DNA of 64,000 bases from an uncultured Nitrososphaerota archaeon (GTDB lineage Archaea > Thermoproteota > Nitrososphaeria > Nitrososphaerales > Gagatemarchaeaceae), in assembly GCA_963718895.1 (NCBI GenBank), contig CAVRAG010000004.1, forward strand, positions 256,001-320,000, in the 5' to 3' direction. Positions 9,787 through 19,806 of the stretch are shown here, in pieces; the stretch's first letter is position 1; the number at the start of each line of letters is the position of its first letter. The notes beneath the pieces are model-generated. The model had not been told where the DNA came from. It was given only the letters and a program-made list of their open reading frames with translations, and searched no databases. A program made the translations under genes and the position numbers.

Positions 9787-10212
9787 CTAGCAGGAGATGC
9801 TCTCGAACTGGGTCCGGTTGGAGAAGGTCGCCGTGTTGTTGGTCACCGTGGTGAAGGAGGTCACGGTGCCGCTGACGTTGGCGGGATAGATGTACGTTAT
9901 CGTGGTCGTCTGGCCTCCGACCGGGCTCACGTAGGTCGTGCTCGTCTGTCCGGAAATCGTGACGCACTCGGGTATGTAGACGTAGACGACCACGACCTTC
10001 TGCGTCACCGTCTCCACGCCCGACTGGCCAAGGGAAGTCACGGTTATCGTGGTCGGCACGGTCTGGATTACGGTTGTGGGTAGCGTCCGGGTCTCGATAA
10101 GCGTGGTCGTCCGGGTCGTTATGGGGGAGGCGCTGTACCCAATTGATACGCCTAGGCCCAGGGCTACGAAGACGAGCGCGACCGAGACTAGGAAGGTTCT
10201 TCCGAATCGCAA
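9787..10212 (-). CDS. Thr-rich membrane-anchored protein
   Basis: N-terminal TM, Thr/Val-rich body, preceded by motif B. Confidence 0.65.
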   Translation of the reverse strand: MRFGRTFLVSVALVFVALGLGVSIGYSASPITTRTTTLIETRTLPTTVIQTVPTTITVTSLGQSGVETVTQKVVVVYVYIPECVTISGQTSTTYVSPVGGQTTTITYIYPANVSGTVTSFTTVTNNTATFSNRTQFESISC

Positions 10213-10247
10213 GGCACCAAAGGACCTGACTGCGAAGTTACTGAATC

Positions 10248-10270
10248 GTGATTAATAGTTATGTCCGAAC
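10248..10270 (-). promoter_or_regulatory. Motif B
   Basis: gttcggacataactattaatcac. Confidence 0.75.
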
Positions 10271-10300
10271 ACCGAGGGAAAGGAAAATCTGTTCTTTCGT

Positions 10301-10420
10301 CGGCTTTTACGTGCGAACCGCACCAGGTCCCGAGGCCGGAGCCAAGGCGCACTTCTTTCACAGCCCAACGTGTGGATGAAATGGCCCGGCGGAGGCGCGA
10401 TGAACCCTAGACGTGGCACG
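10301..10420 (+). repeat. Motif C plus linker plus inverted motif A
   Basis: cggcttttacgtgcgaaccgcaccaggtcccgaggcc...ccggcggaggcgcgatgaaccc; homologous to 41831-41937. Confidence 0.85.
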
Positions 10421-10670
10421 CCTTGGGCATTCTCGAGCATGAATCGGCCGAGCCGCTCAAGATTCCCTCACTGACTCGACAATCATTAGTTCCAATCTGG
10501 CGCCGGAGTAGCATCATCTAGTTTCTCAACCAACACTTTGGAGGTCAGGTGCAGGACCGGCCTAGCTCGCAATCTCAGAGCTTTCGAACCCATATACGCC
10601 TGAATTCGCCCAAATAAGAGAAAATACTGGGAGCAGTGGAGATGGATGCTCCACTGCATGCAATCGCCTC

Positions 10671-11468
10671 TCACAGGATGAATATCAGAGACAGCAGTCC
10701 AACGACATCAGCTGTGTAGTGTGTCACCCATGTCACGGCGAGGTTGTGGGTCTTGGCATAGATCAGCCCGAAGAAGGCACCATCTATGGCGACTCCAAGG
10801 ACGTCAATCAGTGTCACCTGCAAGCTCCCTGCGACGCCGACCGCGTGGACCAGAGCGAACATGCATGTGGTTACCAGAATTGCGGCTCGCGTCCCAATGA
10901 ACCAGCTCAGCCTCTCCTGTATCGTGACTCGGAAGACCAACTCCTCCATCAGGGTTAGCACAGCCATCAGGACCAGCATGCCCCCAAACACAGAAACCCC
11001 TCCAACGGAGGCGAAATCTGAGGCGAGCCTGCCGGAAATTTGCTGGAGCTCTTGACCGTAGTATCCGAATACGTATGCGACTCCCAGGGTCGGCGGCAGA
11101 ATCTGGAAGAGCAGGCCGTCGATTCCGAAATAGTACCAGACTCGCCGGAAGTCCTTACGGAAGCCGCGCTTGATCCCCAGGTCGCTCCAAGGGCGGTTGC
11201 GCCGAAGCGGCCCATCAACAGCATAGACAACGGCCATGATGTACCCGAAAATGTAGAGTTGACCATATCGCTGCCCGTCGTACAGGCCGACAGTAGTGGT
11301 GAAGATGAGGATCGCCATCACCCCTGCCAGTTGATAGAGAGCCTTTCTGTCATGGAGAGCGGGCATCCTTCGGGTGTGGTTTACTGCTGGACTCGAAGGA
11401 AGTTCTGCCGAGGAACTAGAAGCTCTCGCAGAATGCAGGTTGCCGTTCTCTGCTGGTTTCTTCTTCAT
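10671..11468 (-). CDS. CPBP/CAAX (Abi) family intramembrane metalloprotease
   Basis: MEELVFR, FALVH, THYTAD motifs; multi-TM. Confidence 0.85.
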   Translation of the reverse strand: MKKKPAENGNLHSARASSSSAELPSSPAVNHTRRMPALHDRKALYQLAGVMAILIFTTTVGLYDGQRYGQLYIFGYIMAVVYAVDGPLRRNRPWSDLGIKRGFRKDFRRVWYYFGIDGLLFQILPPTLGVAYVFGYYGQELQQISGRLASDFASVGGVSVFGGMLVLMAVLTLMEELVFRVTIQERLSWFIGTRAAILVTTCMFALVHAVGVAGSLQVTLIDVLGVAIDGAFFGLIYAKTHNLAVTWVTHYTADVVGLLSLIFIL

Positions 11469-11476
11469 TTCGTTTT

Positions 11477-11722
11477 TCAGCTCCCCTTGGATTTCTCCAG
11501 GTCATCCCTTGCAAGGTCAATCCTCAGAACGCCGCTGGTCCCGGTCACTTCCAGGACCGCATCCTCCACAAATTCTGCGTGTTTCAAGACCCCAATGGTC
11601 CCCTCCACGAGTACGCGCCGAGTTTCGTCCGGGACGCTCACTCTCCTCAAGTCAATTCCCGAATCGAGTTCTATTGTAAAGATGCGTTCCGTCCCAGGTT
11701 GTCTTACGTCCAGCTTCCCCAT
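11477..11722 (-). CDS. Small hypothetical protein
   Basis: Clean ORF MGKLDVRQ...GVLRIDL directly upstream of CPBP gene; start inferred. Confidence 0.55.
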   Translation of the reverse strand: MGKLDVRQPGTERIFTIELDSGIDLRRVSVPDETRRVLVEGTIGVLKHAEFVEDAVLEVTGTSGVLRIDLARDDLEKSKGS

Positions 11723-11813
11723 TTTTCCACGACTTGTGGAAAGGTGGGAAAATGAGATAACCCTTGTTTGACGAAGAGGCTTAAGAACACACAAAACTGT
11801 GTCAGGCTTACAA

Positions 11814-12575
11814 ATGGAGAAAAGGACGCAGCCTGAAGACAGGGCGGCAGAACTCCACCTTCAACTGGCCAGTGTAGATAGAAGGCGCATAATGTCAGAG
11901 TTGGAGAAAGAGAACCTGAACCTCAGCGAGCTAGCTCGGCGGGTCGGCGTGAGCGCGACGGAGGCCTTCAGACAGGTTCAGAGGATGACAGAGGCCAGAG
12001 TCCTCGAGAGGATGTCCGACGGGAAGTACAGACTAACGCCATACGCGAAACTCGCACTCGAGATGTCATCGCCCTTGGACTTCGTCTCCAAGTATAGAGA
12101 CGGCTTTATGCAGAATGATGCCTTCCTCCTCCCTAAAGAGTATCGAGCAAGGCTCGGGGAGCTGCTCGGCGGCGAGCGGGTAACGGACGACACCGAAGTA
12201 TACAACAGGGCCGCAGAGATGCAAAAAGGCGCGGAGGGGAGCATATACGCGACTGTGATGGGCAACCAGCTCCTCCTCGACATAACCATGCAACGCCTCC
12301 GGCAGGGAGTGAAGGTCAGGTGGCTCATGCATGAGAGCTTCCTCGACAAGGCCAGGTCAATCCTCCGCTCCGCCGAGCAGCGTCCCGAGACGAGATCGGC
12401 ATCGAGTTTCCCTGTTCACATGGTCGTGACAGAAAAGATGGCCGGCGTCGTTTTCCTTCCAAACAGGAGTGGCGCGTCCAGCTGGGCTTTGTTCGGCAGT
12501 GACTCTTCCTTCCTCAAATGGGCGGGCGACCTGTTCATGCATGAGTGGCAGAAGGCAAAGATTTGGTATCCCTGA
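11814..12575 (+). CDS. ArsR-type HTH plus DUF1724/TrmB-like transcriptional regulator
   Basis: LASVDRRRIM HTH; SDSSFLKWAGDLF..W C-terminus; paralog of 15300..16049. Confidence 0.75.
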   Translation: MEKRTQPEDRAAELHLQLASVDRRRIMSELEKENLNLSELARRVGVSATEAFRQVQRMTEARVLERMSDGKYRLTPYAKLALEMSSPLDFVSKYRDGFMQNDAFLLPKEYRARLGELLGGERVTDDTEVYNRAAEMQKGAEGSIYATVMGNQLLLDITMQRLRQGVKVRWLMHESFLDKARSILRSAEQRPETRSASSFPVHMVVTEKMAGVVFLPNRSGASSWALFGSDSSFLKWAGDLFMHEWQKAKIWYP

Positions 12576-12633
12576 ACGCGAGAGTACATGTGTCGCGTAT
12601 ACGCTCTCCATCACGGTAAGACATCCCGAGGTC

Positions 12634-12649
12634 AGGCGTAATGAACCCC
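12634..12649 (-). repeat. Inverted motif A abutting rpl10e fragment
   Basis: aggcgtaatgaacccc. Confidence 0.7.
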
Positions 12650-12836
12650 AACACGGGAACTTATATCCTCCGCGAGAACAAGATGATCGCCACCGCAGGC
12701 GCAGACAGGCTCCAGGAGGGGATGAGGAAGGCCTTCGGCAAGCCTATAGGTCTGGCCGCCCGTGTGGACATCGGCTCCACGATACTCGAGCTCCAGGTCA
12801 AGACGGCGGACCTCCAGCTGGGCAATGAACGCTCTC
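12650..12836 (+). pseudogene. Displaced internal fragment of rpl10e (ILRENKM...DLQLG)
   Basis: ~53 codons identical in protein to the resident gene, with synonymous DNA changes; a frameshift follows. Confidence 0.92.
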
Positions 12837-12922
12837 ACACTGCTTCGAAGAGACGATGAACGAGCTTGGTCGCCTCGATTTTGCTCACAAGATGTATATG
12901 TCTGGGACACCCAGACACTACC

Positions 12923-13513
12923 ATGTCATCGATGCGTGACTCGCAGTTTCGCAGGCCTGACATCGGCACGATTGGGGCAAGCCTGCTCGTCATGGTGGGC
13001 TTCGCCGTCTACCTTGCCGGACGCTACTTGGGGTCACTGCCTGGGTACCAGTACAACGGGCCGATACCCCCTGATATCGCCTACTCCATCATGGGCTTCT
13101 ATTCCGCCATCGTCGGCATCGTAATCTTGACTGCCAGGTTCCTCTGGCAGGTGTTCGCGCTCCCGGCCCGGGGGAGGATTGCGCTGCTGGCAGGATGGTC
13201 GCTTGTGATAGCAGGGCTGGTCGCCATGCCCACTGGCGCTCTTCAGGAGACCACCTGCTCCAACTGCTACTTCAACCTGAACGGCTCGTTTGTAATCTTC
13301 TGGGCCGGGGCCGTCGCCCTTCCTGCCGGCCTGACCGTAGTGGCATCCGTCCTCCTCGCGTCGCAGTCGCGGCCTCCCGGCCACAAGCAGCTTGTCCGTA
13401 TCGCGCTCGCCGCGGTGGTGATCATCCTGGCGGGTGTCACTCTCTGGACTGCCTTCGAAGCCTATTCCGCATATCTGAGCTACACCAGCTTACGTTTCAA
13501 CCTAGCGCTCTAG
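12923..13513 (+). CDS. Multi-pass membrane protein
   Basis: About 5 hydrophobic segments, CSNC loop; start inferred. Confidence 0.6.
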   Translation: MSSMRDSQFRRPDIGTIGASLLVMVGFAVYLAGRYLGSLPGYQYNGPIPPDIAYSIMGFYSAIVGIVILTARFLWQVFALPARGRIALLAGWSLVIAGLVAMPTGALQETTCSNCYFNLNGSFVIFWAGAVALPAGLTVVASVLLASQSRPPGHKQLVRIALAAVVIILAGVTLWTAFEAYSAYLSYTSLRFNLAL

Positions 13514-13550
13514 ACCGGACGACCCGAAGACGGCACCCAAGTACAGAGGT

Positions 13551-15155
13551 TCATTGCGTCTCCGCCGTGATCAGAACGTTGACTGGGTCTTCCCGGGTTC
13601 GTTTAGCACTCGATGGGTCAGTCAGCTCGCGAGATGGGAGAACGCGACCTACCAGATCATTGAGCAGGTTCGTGTCTCTGAGTATGATCTGCGCCGTCTG
13701 GATTCCTGAGACGAGGACGCCGTACACGCCGCCCCCTGGCTGGGTCCAGTGGCCAGAAAGGTAGAGACCACGTATCGGTGTCTCGTGGGGCATCCTGCCC
13801 AGTCCCACTTGAGCGGGGGTAGGCTCCCAGCCATAGATTGCACCTGACAGGTTCAGGGTGTACCGTTCCATGGTCCTCGGCGAAGCACCCTCGGCGAAGA
13901 GTGTGTGTTCGTGCAGTCCTGGGAAGAGCGTCTCCAGCTCTTTCACTATCAGCGCTGAATATCGTGCTTTCTTCTCTCTCCAGGAGCCCTCAATCTCGTA
14001 GGGGATCAGCGAGGTGGCTATGATGATGTGCTCGCCGGGGGGAGCCAGAGATGGGTCGATGAGGGTCGGAATGTCCACTCCCAGCATTGCGGGAGTCCCG
14101 TCCTGAATCATCCTGTACGTCTCATCGTGGTCCCACGTCTTGTAGAGAAACGTCTCGTGCGACGCTCCGAGCTTCCTCAGGTCGAGGTCGGTCGCAAGGA
14201 AGAGCACGAAAGCGGAGACGGATGGCGTCATGCTGTGAATCTTGCTAACGAAGCGTGTTGGGAGTTCATTTACGCCGACGAGTTCTTCGAACGTCTGCAC
14301 GGGGTCTGCGTTCGAGATCACCAGTTCGGCCTCTATCCGCTGGCCGTTCTCCAGGACGATCCCATTTACGGCTCCCTCGTGAACGATTATCCTCCTCACG
14401 CTGCTCAACAACATCACCTCGCCCTTGCACCTCCTGATGGCCTCCACCAAGGCGTTCGCGAGGTTCTGGAAGGTCCCCCGGCAGTAGAACGCGCCCCCGT
14501 CCATGAAGCTCATGAACATGGCGGACCAGTACAGGAACGAGATCTTCGAGGGAGGGAGGCCGAGGTAGGGCCACAGAGTCGCGAAGAGCGCCTTGGCCTT
14601 CGGGTCGGCCAGGTGCTCGTCCATCACCTGCTGCAGCGTCGCGTTGCGATACTTGTACAGGACCGGCAAGTTGCTCGGCGTCCGGAGCAGGTCGAAGATG
14701 GATGGCTTGGAGGGGAACCTCCGGACCTCCTCGTCAATCTGGGCGCAGAGCTCGAGGAGCTTCAAGAAACCTCCCTCCTCTTCGGGGAACTGGACCGCAA
14801 GGGCCCGGACGAACTCCTCCTCTCCCGTCGGGACGTCGACCCTGACCCCTGGGAAGATGGCGGTGTAGAACGGAGAAGCCCGGAGGAACTCGCAGAGTTC
14901 CCTGACCCCGAGCGTGCTGAGAAGGTTGTCGACAAGACCGCCCTCGCATCCGCCCGTGAGATGTACCGCCGCATCGAAGTGGTACCTCTTCAGCTGGAAT
15001 GACTGGGCATACCCTCCGGCACGGTCGTGCCTCTCTATCACGAGGACCTTCTTTCCGTTCTTGGCGAGCAGGGCCGCAGCCGTGAGCCCGCCGATTCCGC
15101 TGCCAATGACGATGACGTCGTATCTCTGCTCGCGCGATTCCCTTAGTATGGTCAT
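13551..15155 (-). CDS. Phytoene desaturase/CrtI-family FAD-dependent oxidoreductase
   Basis: YDVIVIGSGIGGL, ERHDRAGG, GAIYGW, LYLSGHWTQPGGGV. Confidence 0.88.
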   Translation of the reverse strand: MTILRESREQRYDVIVIGSGIGGLTAAALLAKNGKKVLVIERHDRAGGYAQSFQLKRYHFDAAVHLTGGCEGGLVDNLLSTLGVRELCEFLRASPFYTAIFPGVRVDVPTGEEEFVRALAVQFPEEEGGFLKLLELCAQIDEEVRRFPSKPSIFDLLRTPSNLPVLYKYRNATLQQVMDEHLADPKAKALFATLWPYLGLPPSKISFLYWSAMFMSFMDGGAFYCRGTFQNLANALVEAIRRCKGEVMLLSSVRRIIVHEGAVNGIVLENGQRIEAELVISNADPVQTFEELVGVNELPTRFVSKIHSMTPSVSAFVLFLATDLDLRKLGASHETFLYKTWDHDETYRMIQDGTPAMLGVDIPTLIDPSLAPPGEHIIIATSLIPYEIEGSWREKKARYSALIVKELETLFPGLHEHTLFAEGASPRTMERYTLNLSGAIYGWEPTPAQVGLGRMPHETPIRGLYLSGHWTQPGGGVYGVLVSGIQTAQIILRDTNLLNDLVGRVLPSRELTDPSSAKRTREDPVNVLITAETQ

Positions 15156-15299
15156 ATCGGACGATGGATGCAGCGAAGGGCACCCTACATCTTGGTTGCT
15201 CAACACGGACGATGTGACCTCAACACCCGTGTTGACGCTGGGAGGCTCTGTGCCGACCAAGGTTTAAGATTCGCGCCATCATGGACGGGGTGACAGCGC

Positions 15300-16049
15300 A
15301 TGCAAGAGACCGGCGAACTGATGTTTCTTTTGTCGAGCGCGGACAGGTTGAGGCTGCTCGAGGTGCTCCGAGAGGAGAAACTCAGAACGAGCAGGTTGTC
15401 GTCGAAGCTCTCCATGACGGTCCAGGAGACGTCCAGGCAGCTCTCTCGCCTGGAGGCGGCGAGCCTGGTCGAGAGGGACTCGCAGGGCCTCTACAGCCTC
15501 ACCGGCTACGGGACGGTCGTGCTGAAGCTCATACCATCGTTCGACTTTCTAGTCCACCGCAAAGAGTACCTCCTCTCCCACGACCTCTCGTTCATCCCCC
15601 CGGAGTTCGTAGAGAGGATAGGCGAGCTGGCGAAGAACGAATACAGGGCGACGGTGGGGTCGGTCCTCGACCACTTCGAGCAGGTGATGAGCGAGGCCCG
15701 CGAGTACGTCTGGCTGATGGCCGACCAGACTCTGATGGTGGACTCGATCGCCATGAAGCTGCTCGACGACGGTCCGGTGACGTGGAGGATAATCATCCCT
15801 GCTGCCGTCACCAAGGAGGAGGACTACCGGCTTCCGCCCAGCGATTTGAGGGGAAAGGTCGAGCTGGGCCTGGTCGAAGACGTCAGGATGGGGATGTCGC
15901 TCAACGAGACGCTGGCGGGCGTCACCCTCCCCGACAAGGGCGGGAAAGTGGATTTCGACAGAGGACTTCGCAGCAGCGATCCAGACTTCCACAGGTGGTC
16001 CAGAGACCTCTTTCTTTTCAACTGGAGCAAGTCGAAGAAGCTCCTCTGA
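15300..16049 (+). CDS. ArsR-type HTH plus DUF1724/TrmB-like transcriptional regulator
   Basis: LSSADRLRLL HTH; SSDPDFHRWSRDLF..W; divergent from oxidoreductase. Confidence 0.78.
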   Translation: MQETGELMFLLSSADRLRLLEVLREEKLRTSRLSSKLSMTVQETSRQLSRLEAASLVERDSQGLYSLTGYGTVVLKLIPSFDFLVHRKEYLLSHDLSFIPPEFVERIGELAKNEYRATVGSVLDHFEQVMSEAREYVWLMADQTLMVDSIAMKLLDDGPVTWRIIIPAAVTKEEDYRLPPSDLRGKVELGLVEDVRMGMSLNETLAGVTLPDKGGKVDFDRGLRSSDPDFHRWSRDLFLFNWSKSKKLL

Positions 16050-16099
16050 CCTCCTTGTCTGGCAAGCCTAGTACCAGCGCGAGACCAAAAGATAATCCC

Positions 16100-16222
16100 G
16101 GGTTCATTGAGCCTCCGCCGGTCCACCCTATCCAGGTTCGTCAGCTATTGTAGGTGAGCTGAGGTGGGTATTCCATCTGCTCTCCGCGCTTCTACGTGCG
16201 AACCGCGCCGGGCCCCGAGGCC
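16100..16222 (+). repeat. A-C repeat block
   Basis: Near-identical to 7568-7690. Confidence 0.92.
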
Positions 16223-16321
16223 GAAACCTCGACCTTGGCAGTGCGCTACCTCCTTTCTCCCAGTTCACACTCCGTCCCGACCGTGGAAGTATGCGATTTG
16301 AATGCCGCTCAATCCAAACAC

Positions 16322-16753
16322 CTAGTCTGCGATCTTCGGACTAAACTTCCGAGGATCCACCCTCGTGAGTCCTGGCACCCTGTCGTATACTTCGTCTGTG
16401 GACAGGATCGTCCTGTCCGAATCCTGATTCAGCGCAGTCGCCGCGTAAATCGCATCGAAGAGGCCTGTGACCTTGAACGACTTCATGATGGATTGTGCCG
16501 CCAGCAGGACCTCTGCCGTAACCGGAAGGATGGAGAGACCATCGATCCCCGCGATTTCGGCCTGCTTGCCAAGCACCGCCGCCTTATCGAATCCGAAATC
16601 CTCCAAGACATAATAGAGTTCGATGAGCACGGCCGCTGAGGTGTTCAGCTTCAGCTTGTTCCGTCGCAGCGATTCGAAGATGGGGTCGGCGTACTGCTTC
16701 AACCAGTCGGTCTTCTTCGAGTACGCCACGAAGAGGTCCGATTCGATGATCAT
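16322..16753 (-). CDS. vapC: PIN-domain (VapC-like) toxin
   Basis: IIESDLFVA, FDAIYAATA, LSTDEVYD. Confidence 0.85.
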   Translation of the reverse strand: MIIESDLFVAYSKKTDWLKQYADPIFESLRRNKLKLNTSAAVLIELYYVLEDFGFDKAAVLGKQAEIAGIDGLSILPVTAEVLLAAQSIMKSFKVTGLFDAIYAATALNQDSDRTILSTDEVYDRVPGLTRVDPRKFSPKIAD

Positions 16754-16983
16754 CTCTGTCGTCGCCTCGTTGCGCGCGCTCTGACCTCTTCGGCAAGCTT
16801 TCTCTCCGCCCGCTCCTTGGCCGACTTTCCTGTCACCTTCGTGTCCGACTCAACCGGCGCTCTCGCTATCGGAATCACCATGTACGAGTCGCCCATGTGG
16901 ATTACCAGCGCCCTGTCTGCCTCTATCCGCATCTCCTTCGGGATGGTGACCCGTCCACGTGCGTCAATCTCGACTACCGACAT
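16750..16983 (-). CDS. AbrB/MazE-family antitoxin
   Basis: VEIDARGRVTIPKEMR. Confidence 0.85.
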   Translation of the reverse strand: MSVVEIDARGRVTIPKEMRIEADRALVIHMGDSYMVIPIARAPVESDTKVTGKSAKERAERKLAEEVRARATRRRQR

Positions 16984-17152
16984 TAGCCCAAAAACGGGGA
17001 CTGCGCCCATATTTATCATTTGTGGGTAGAAATGAACTATTGCCCACGGAGCGATTTTTGGACCGGGGATCTCCGCCTGACCAGCCACGGCCAGCATGAA
17101 AGTTAGCCCATCCAGCAATCCCAACTCGGTCTGAGGGCTCTTGTTCAATGAG

Positions 17153-17275
17153 CTCCGGGCTTTTGCGTGCGAACCGCGTTAGGCCCCGAGGCCTCTCCAT
17201 CCGTCCGAGCTGCGTCTTGTCCTGGATGCGGAAGAGGCCTGAAGCCATGAATAGGGTTCATTGCGCCTCAGCCGG
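17153..17275 (+). repeat. C-to-A imperfect hairpin (attC-like), copy 2
   Basis: gtgcgaacc...aggcctctccatcc...ggatgcggaagaggcct...gggttcattgcgcc. Confidence 0.85.
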
Positions 17276-17283
17276 AGCATGCC

Positions 17284-17765
17284 TCAAGCCGTGGAGGCCG
17301 TGGAAGAACCTGACGCCATGGTTAATGGGCCAGATTCAGACTGGATGTAGTTCGACAGAGACGCAAGACACCCAGTCGCCTGCAAGGTGGGCTCCGGTAC
17401 CACGACCCAGACTGTTCCATTGGTCACGTACATGACAACCCAGTCAGGATACGTCTGACCGTTCATGTAATCGAGGACGGTCTCTGAGTAGTTCTGAACG
17501 GCTTGGGCAGACGCTCTATCGAAGACTTGTAGGCCGCCCTGGCTTGAATTTCTGAGAAGCTGGCTCGCGGAGGGCAGGTTCGGGCATGAGGAACTCACCA
17601 CACTGGAGGGCAAAAAATTATCGTGCCTGGTGAGGAGGCTGAGCGAGTCACGGTCGTCGCAGCACCGAAGTAGGACGCGGCAAAGACGCCAGCACCGATT
17701 ACCACCCCGGCTATGATAACGGCCACGGCCAGGCGAGTGCAACTTCGAGTTGGTGGGGCGTTCAT
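17284..17765 (-). pseudogene. Membrane-anchored protein, frameshifted (probably at T6 run ~17612)
   Basis: N-terminus MNAPPTRSCTRLAVAVIIAGVVIGAG is homologous to 57398; continues in another frame. Confidence 0.6.
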
Positions 17766-17835
17766 TCAGTAAGGACTTCGAAAGCCTTCGAGGGGCTCAT
17801 TGTTATCGATAGTTATTTCCGAATACCGCATCTCG

Positions 17836-18418
17836 CTACTTTCTGAATAGCCGGAACCGAACGAGCGCGTAGACGTAGACGGGTAGCGTGAACGCGACCG
17901 CGCTGACCCCGATGGCTCGAAAGGCGGCGAAGTAGAAGCCGGCGGCGTCCAAGAGGGGCGCTATGCCGACGACCCACATTGAAAGGGGCAATGAGGCCTT
18001 TGGCATAGAAGAAGACGCCGAACAGCGCCCCTGTGGCAAGGAGCACGGTCGCGCAGGCGACCAGCGAGTACAGGGTCCTCTTCCGCACCGCGAGAGCAGA
18101 CGCGATGAACTTCATGATCTGGTACGAGATTATCGGAGAGGAAATCAGCAGGGCCAGCATCACCGAGGCCGTCACGTAAATCTCGGTCGGCACCCCCGGG
18201 CTCCCAGCGATAAGGGTCCAACCGGCCGGCAGGACCTCGCTCTTTATGCCCGAGACGAATAGTGAGACGAGTGGGGAATAGGAGCCGCCTGAAGTCAGCA
18301 TCAGCACAGGGTTGGGTATCAAGAGGAGCGCCGCGAGGATCGCCGAGAATGCAAGGAAGGGCGCCCTGAATGTACTGAACGAGCCGATCTGTTCAGCGAC
18401 CCAAGGTCGCGAGTTCAT
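17836..18418 (-). pseudogene. Truncated TatC-like membrane protein, frameshift ~18000
   Basis: LPAGWTLI..P, SSPIISYQIMKFI, GALFGVF, FTLPV..ALVR resemble TatC TM1-4. Confidence 0.55.
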
Positions 18419-18438
18419 GTGTCTTGGAGCCACCATCT

Positions 18439-18460
18439 GTGATTGATAGTTATGTCCGAA
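18439..18460 (-). promoter_or_regulatory. Motif B
   Basis: ttcggacataactatcaatcac. Confidence 0.7.
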
Positions 18461-18480
18461 TCAGATGGGTTCGTCGTCGG

Positions 18481-18921
18481 TCATGCCCCCATAGGTTGGA
18501 AGGGTGGCGAGCACCCGAACGTCACCATGAACTCGACCGAGGGAGGAAGCGCGATGTTGTACTCAGTCCCCCAGCACCAGAGGTATTCCGTGACCGATTG
18601 TAGCTGAGTGACGCCGGAGCAGCCGGCGCCACTGCCGTTGCAGATGGAGCCACTGTCCTGACCGTTCGGGAGCGTTCCCGTTCGCACGTCGGGGCCGAAG
18701 AACACCAGGAAAATCCCGATGATTATGCAGGCCGCGATGATCTTGCTTCTCCTCCATGGCTTCATCTTCCTGGTGACGAAGTCAAGACTGAACATGAGAC
18801 CGCTCAGAAGAAAGAGCATTACAGAGGTGAACCCGGTATTGAAGTAGCCGAAAACTGCGGAGACAAAGAGAATCGAGGCAGCAACGAACAGTGCCGAGCC
18901 GACCTTCACAGCTAGGCCCAT
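18481..18921 (-). CDS. Membrane protein with small Cys-containing ectodomain
   Basis: 3 TMs then FGPDV...SVTEYLWCWG, a distant member of the VP-SY family. Confidence 0.6.
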   Translation of the reverse strand: MGLAVKVGSALFVAASILFVSAVFGYFNTGFTSVMLFLLSGLMFSLDFVTRKMKPWRRSKIIAACIIIGIFLVFFGPDVRTGTLPNGQDSGSICNGSGAGCSGVTQLQSVTEYLWCWGTEYNIALPPSVEFMVTFGCSPPFQPMGA

Positions 18922-18994
18922 GAATCCCGCCCAACGACGGTCTTGGAGCTCTGGGGCATGTCAGACCAATTCGCAGCCCGCGACAGCAATTCCC

Positions 18995-19015
18995 GATTAA
19001 TAGTTATGTCCGAAC
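18995..19015 (-). promoter_or_regulatory. Motif B
   Basis: gttcggacataactattaatc. Confidence 0.7.
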
Positions 19016-19063
19016 GACGTTCGATACCGCTTGTTTTTATCTCGGGGACTATCCTAACCGTTC

Positions 19064-19651
19064 ATGGGGGCTCCGCTTCCCGCTACGGCCCACAGGGTCA
19101 AGGTCGCGCTCACCAGTCTGTCCGCCCCGTTCCTCGTCCTGTTCCTCGTACCCGTCAACCTCCAATCGGTCCTCTTCGGTGGGGCGAGCGATGTGCCTCT
19201 GGCCTCGCTCTTCACGACGTGGGTCTGGAGTCAGTTGCTGCCACCGGGATGGGTTCTGACTAGTCCGGGCGGGCTCGGCGAACCTGCCGTGATCTTCGCT
19301 GAGGCTTCCCTGGCGCTCACTCTAATCATAGGGTACCCCCTCATCGCCTTCCTGCTCTTCGAGAGAATCGTCCGGTACGGAGGCGGTCGACGCCGGAGGA
19401 CGGTTTACACGCTGACATCGCTAGCCTCGGCCGCGTTCTTTGTCGGCGTGCTGTTCGGCGCCTTCTTCATGGCAAAGTTCTACATCGCCTCGCTCCCTCC
19501 GTACTTTGGGGCTGCTGCGGTGTTCGACTCTGGGGGCTTCTACCTGGCCGGGCTGGGCGTCGTATGCATCCTCGCTCTCGTCTCGACCCTACCGTTCGTC
19601 CTGTTGGGGGTCGCGCGGTTCCGGAGTTCCACGCTGTTGCGAATCCCCTGA
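19064..19651 (+). CDS. Truncated TatC-like membrane protein (paralog of 17836..18418)
   Basis: LLPPGWVL..P...EP, YPLIAF, FFVGVLFGAFF, TLPFV. Confidence 0.55.
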   Translation: MGAPLPATAHRVKVALTSLSAPFLVLFLVPVNLQSVLFGGASDVPLASLFTTWVWSQLLPPGWVLTSPGGLGEPAVIFAEASLALTLIIGYPLIAFLLFERIVRYGGGRRRRTVYTLTSLASAAFFVGVLFGAFFMAKFYIASLPPYFGAAAVFDSGGFYLAGLGVVCILALVSTLPFVLLGVARFRSSTLLRIP

Positions 19652-19750
19652 TTTGTTAGATTCGTGCCGCTACCGCCGTCATGATAATTTTCTCTAGGTG
19701 AAGGATCAAGGGCGGCGCTTGGTGACCGGCCCGCCGTAGTCCTCCAGCCC

Positions 19751-19770
19751 GTTCGGACAAAGGTGTATTA
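19751..19770 (+). promoter_or_regulatory. Motif B variant
   Basis: gttcggacaaaggtgtatta, ~37 bp before + strand gene. Confidence 0.65.
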
Positions 19771-19806
19771 CAAAGTGCATCCGGCTGCAGACGAAAGGCG
19801 ATCGGC

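Noticed and set aside
12641-12859. Second functional rpl10e
   Set aside because: Internal fragment only, with a frameshifted end
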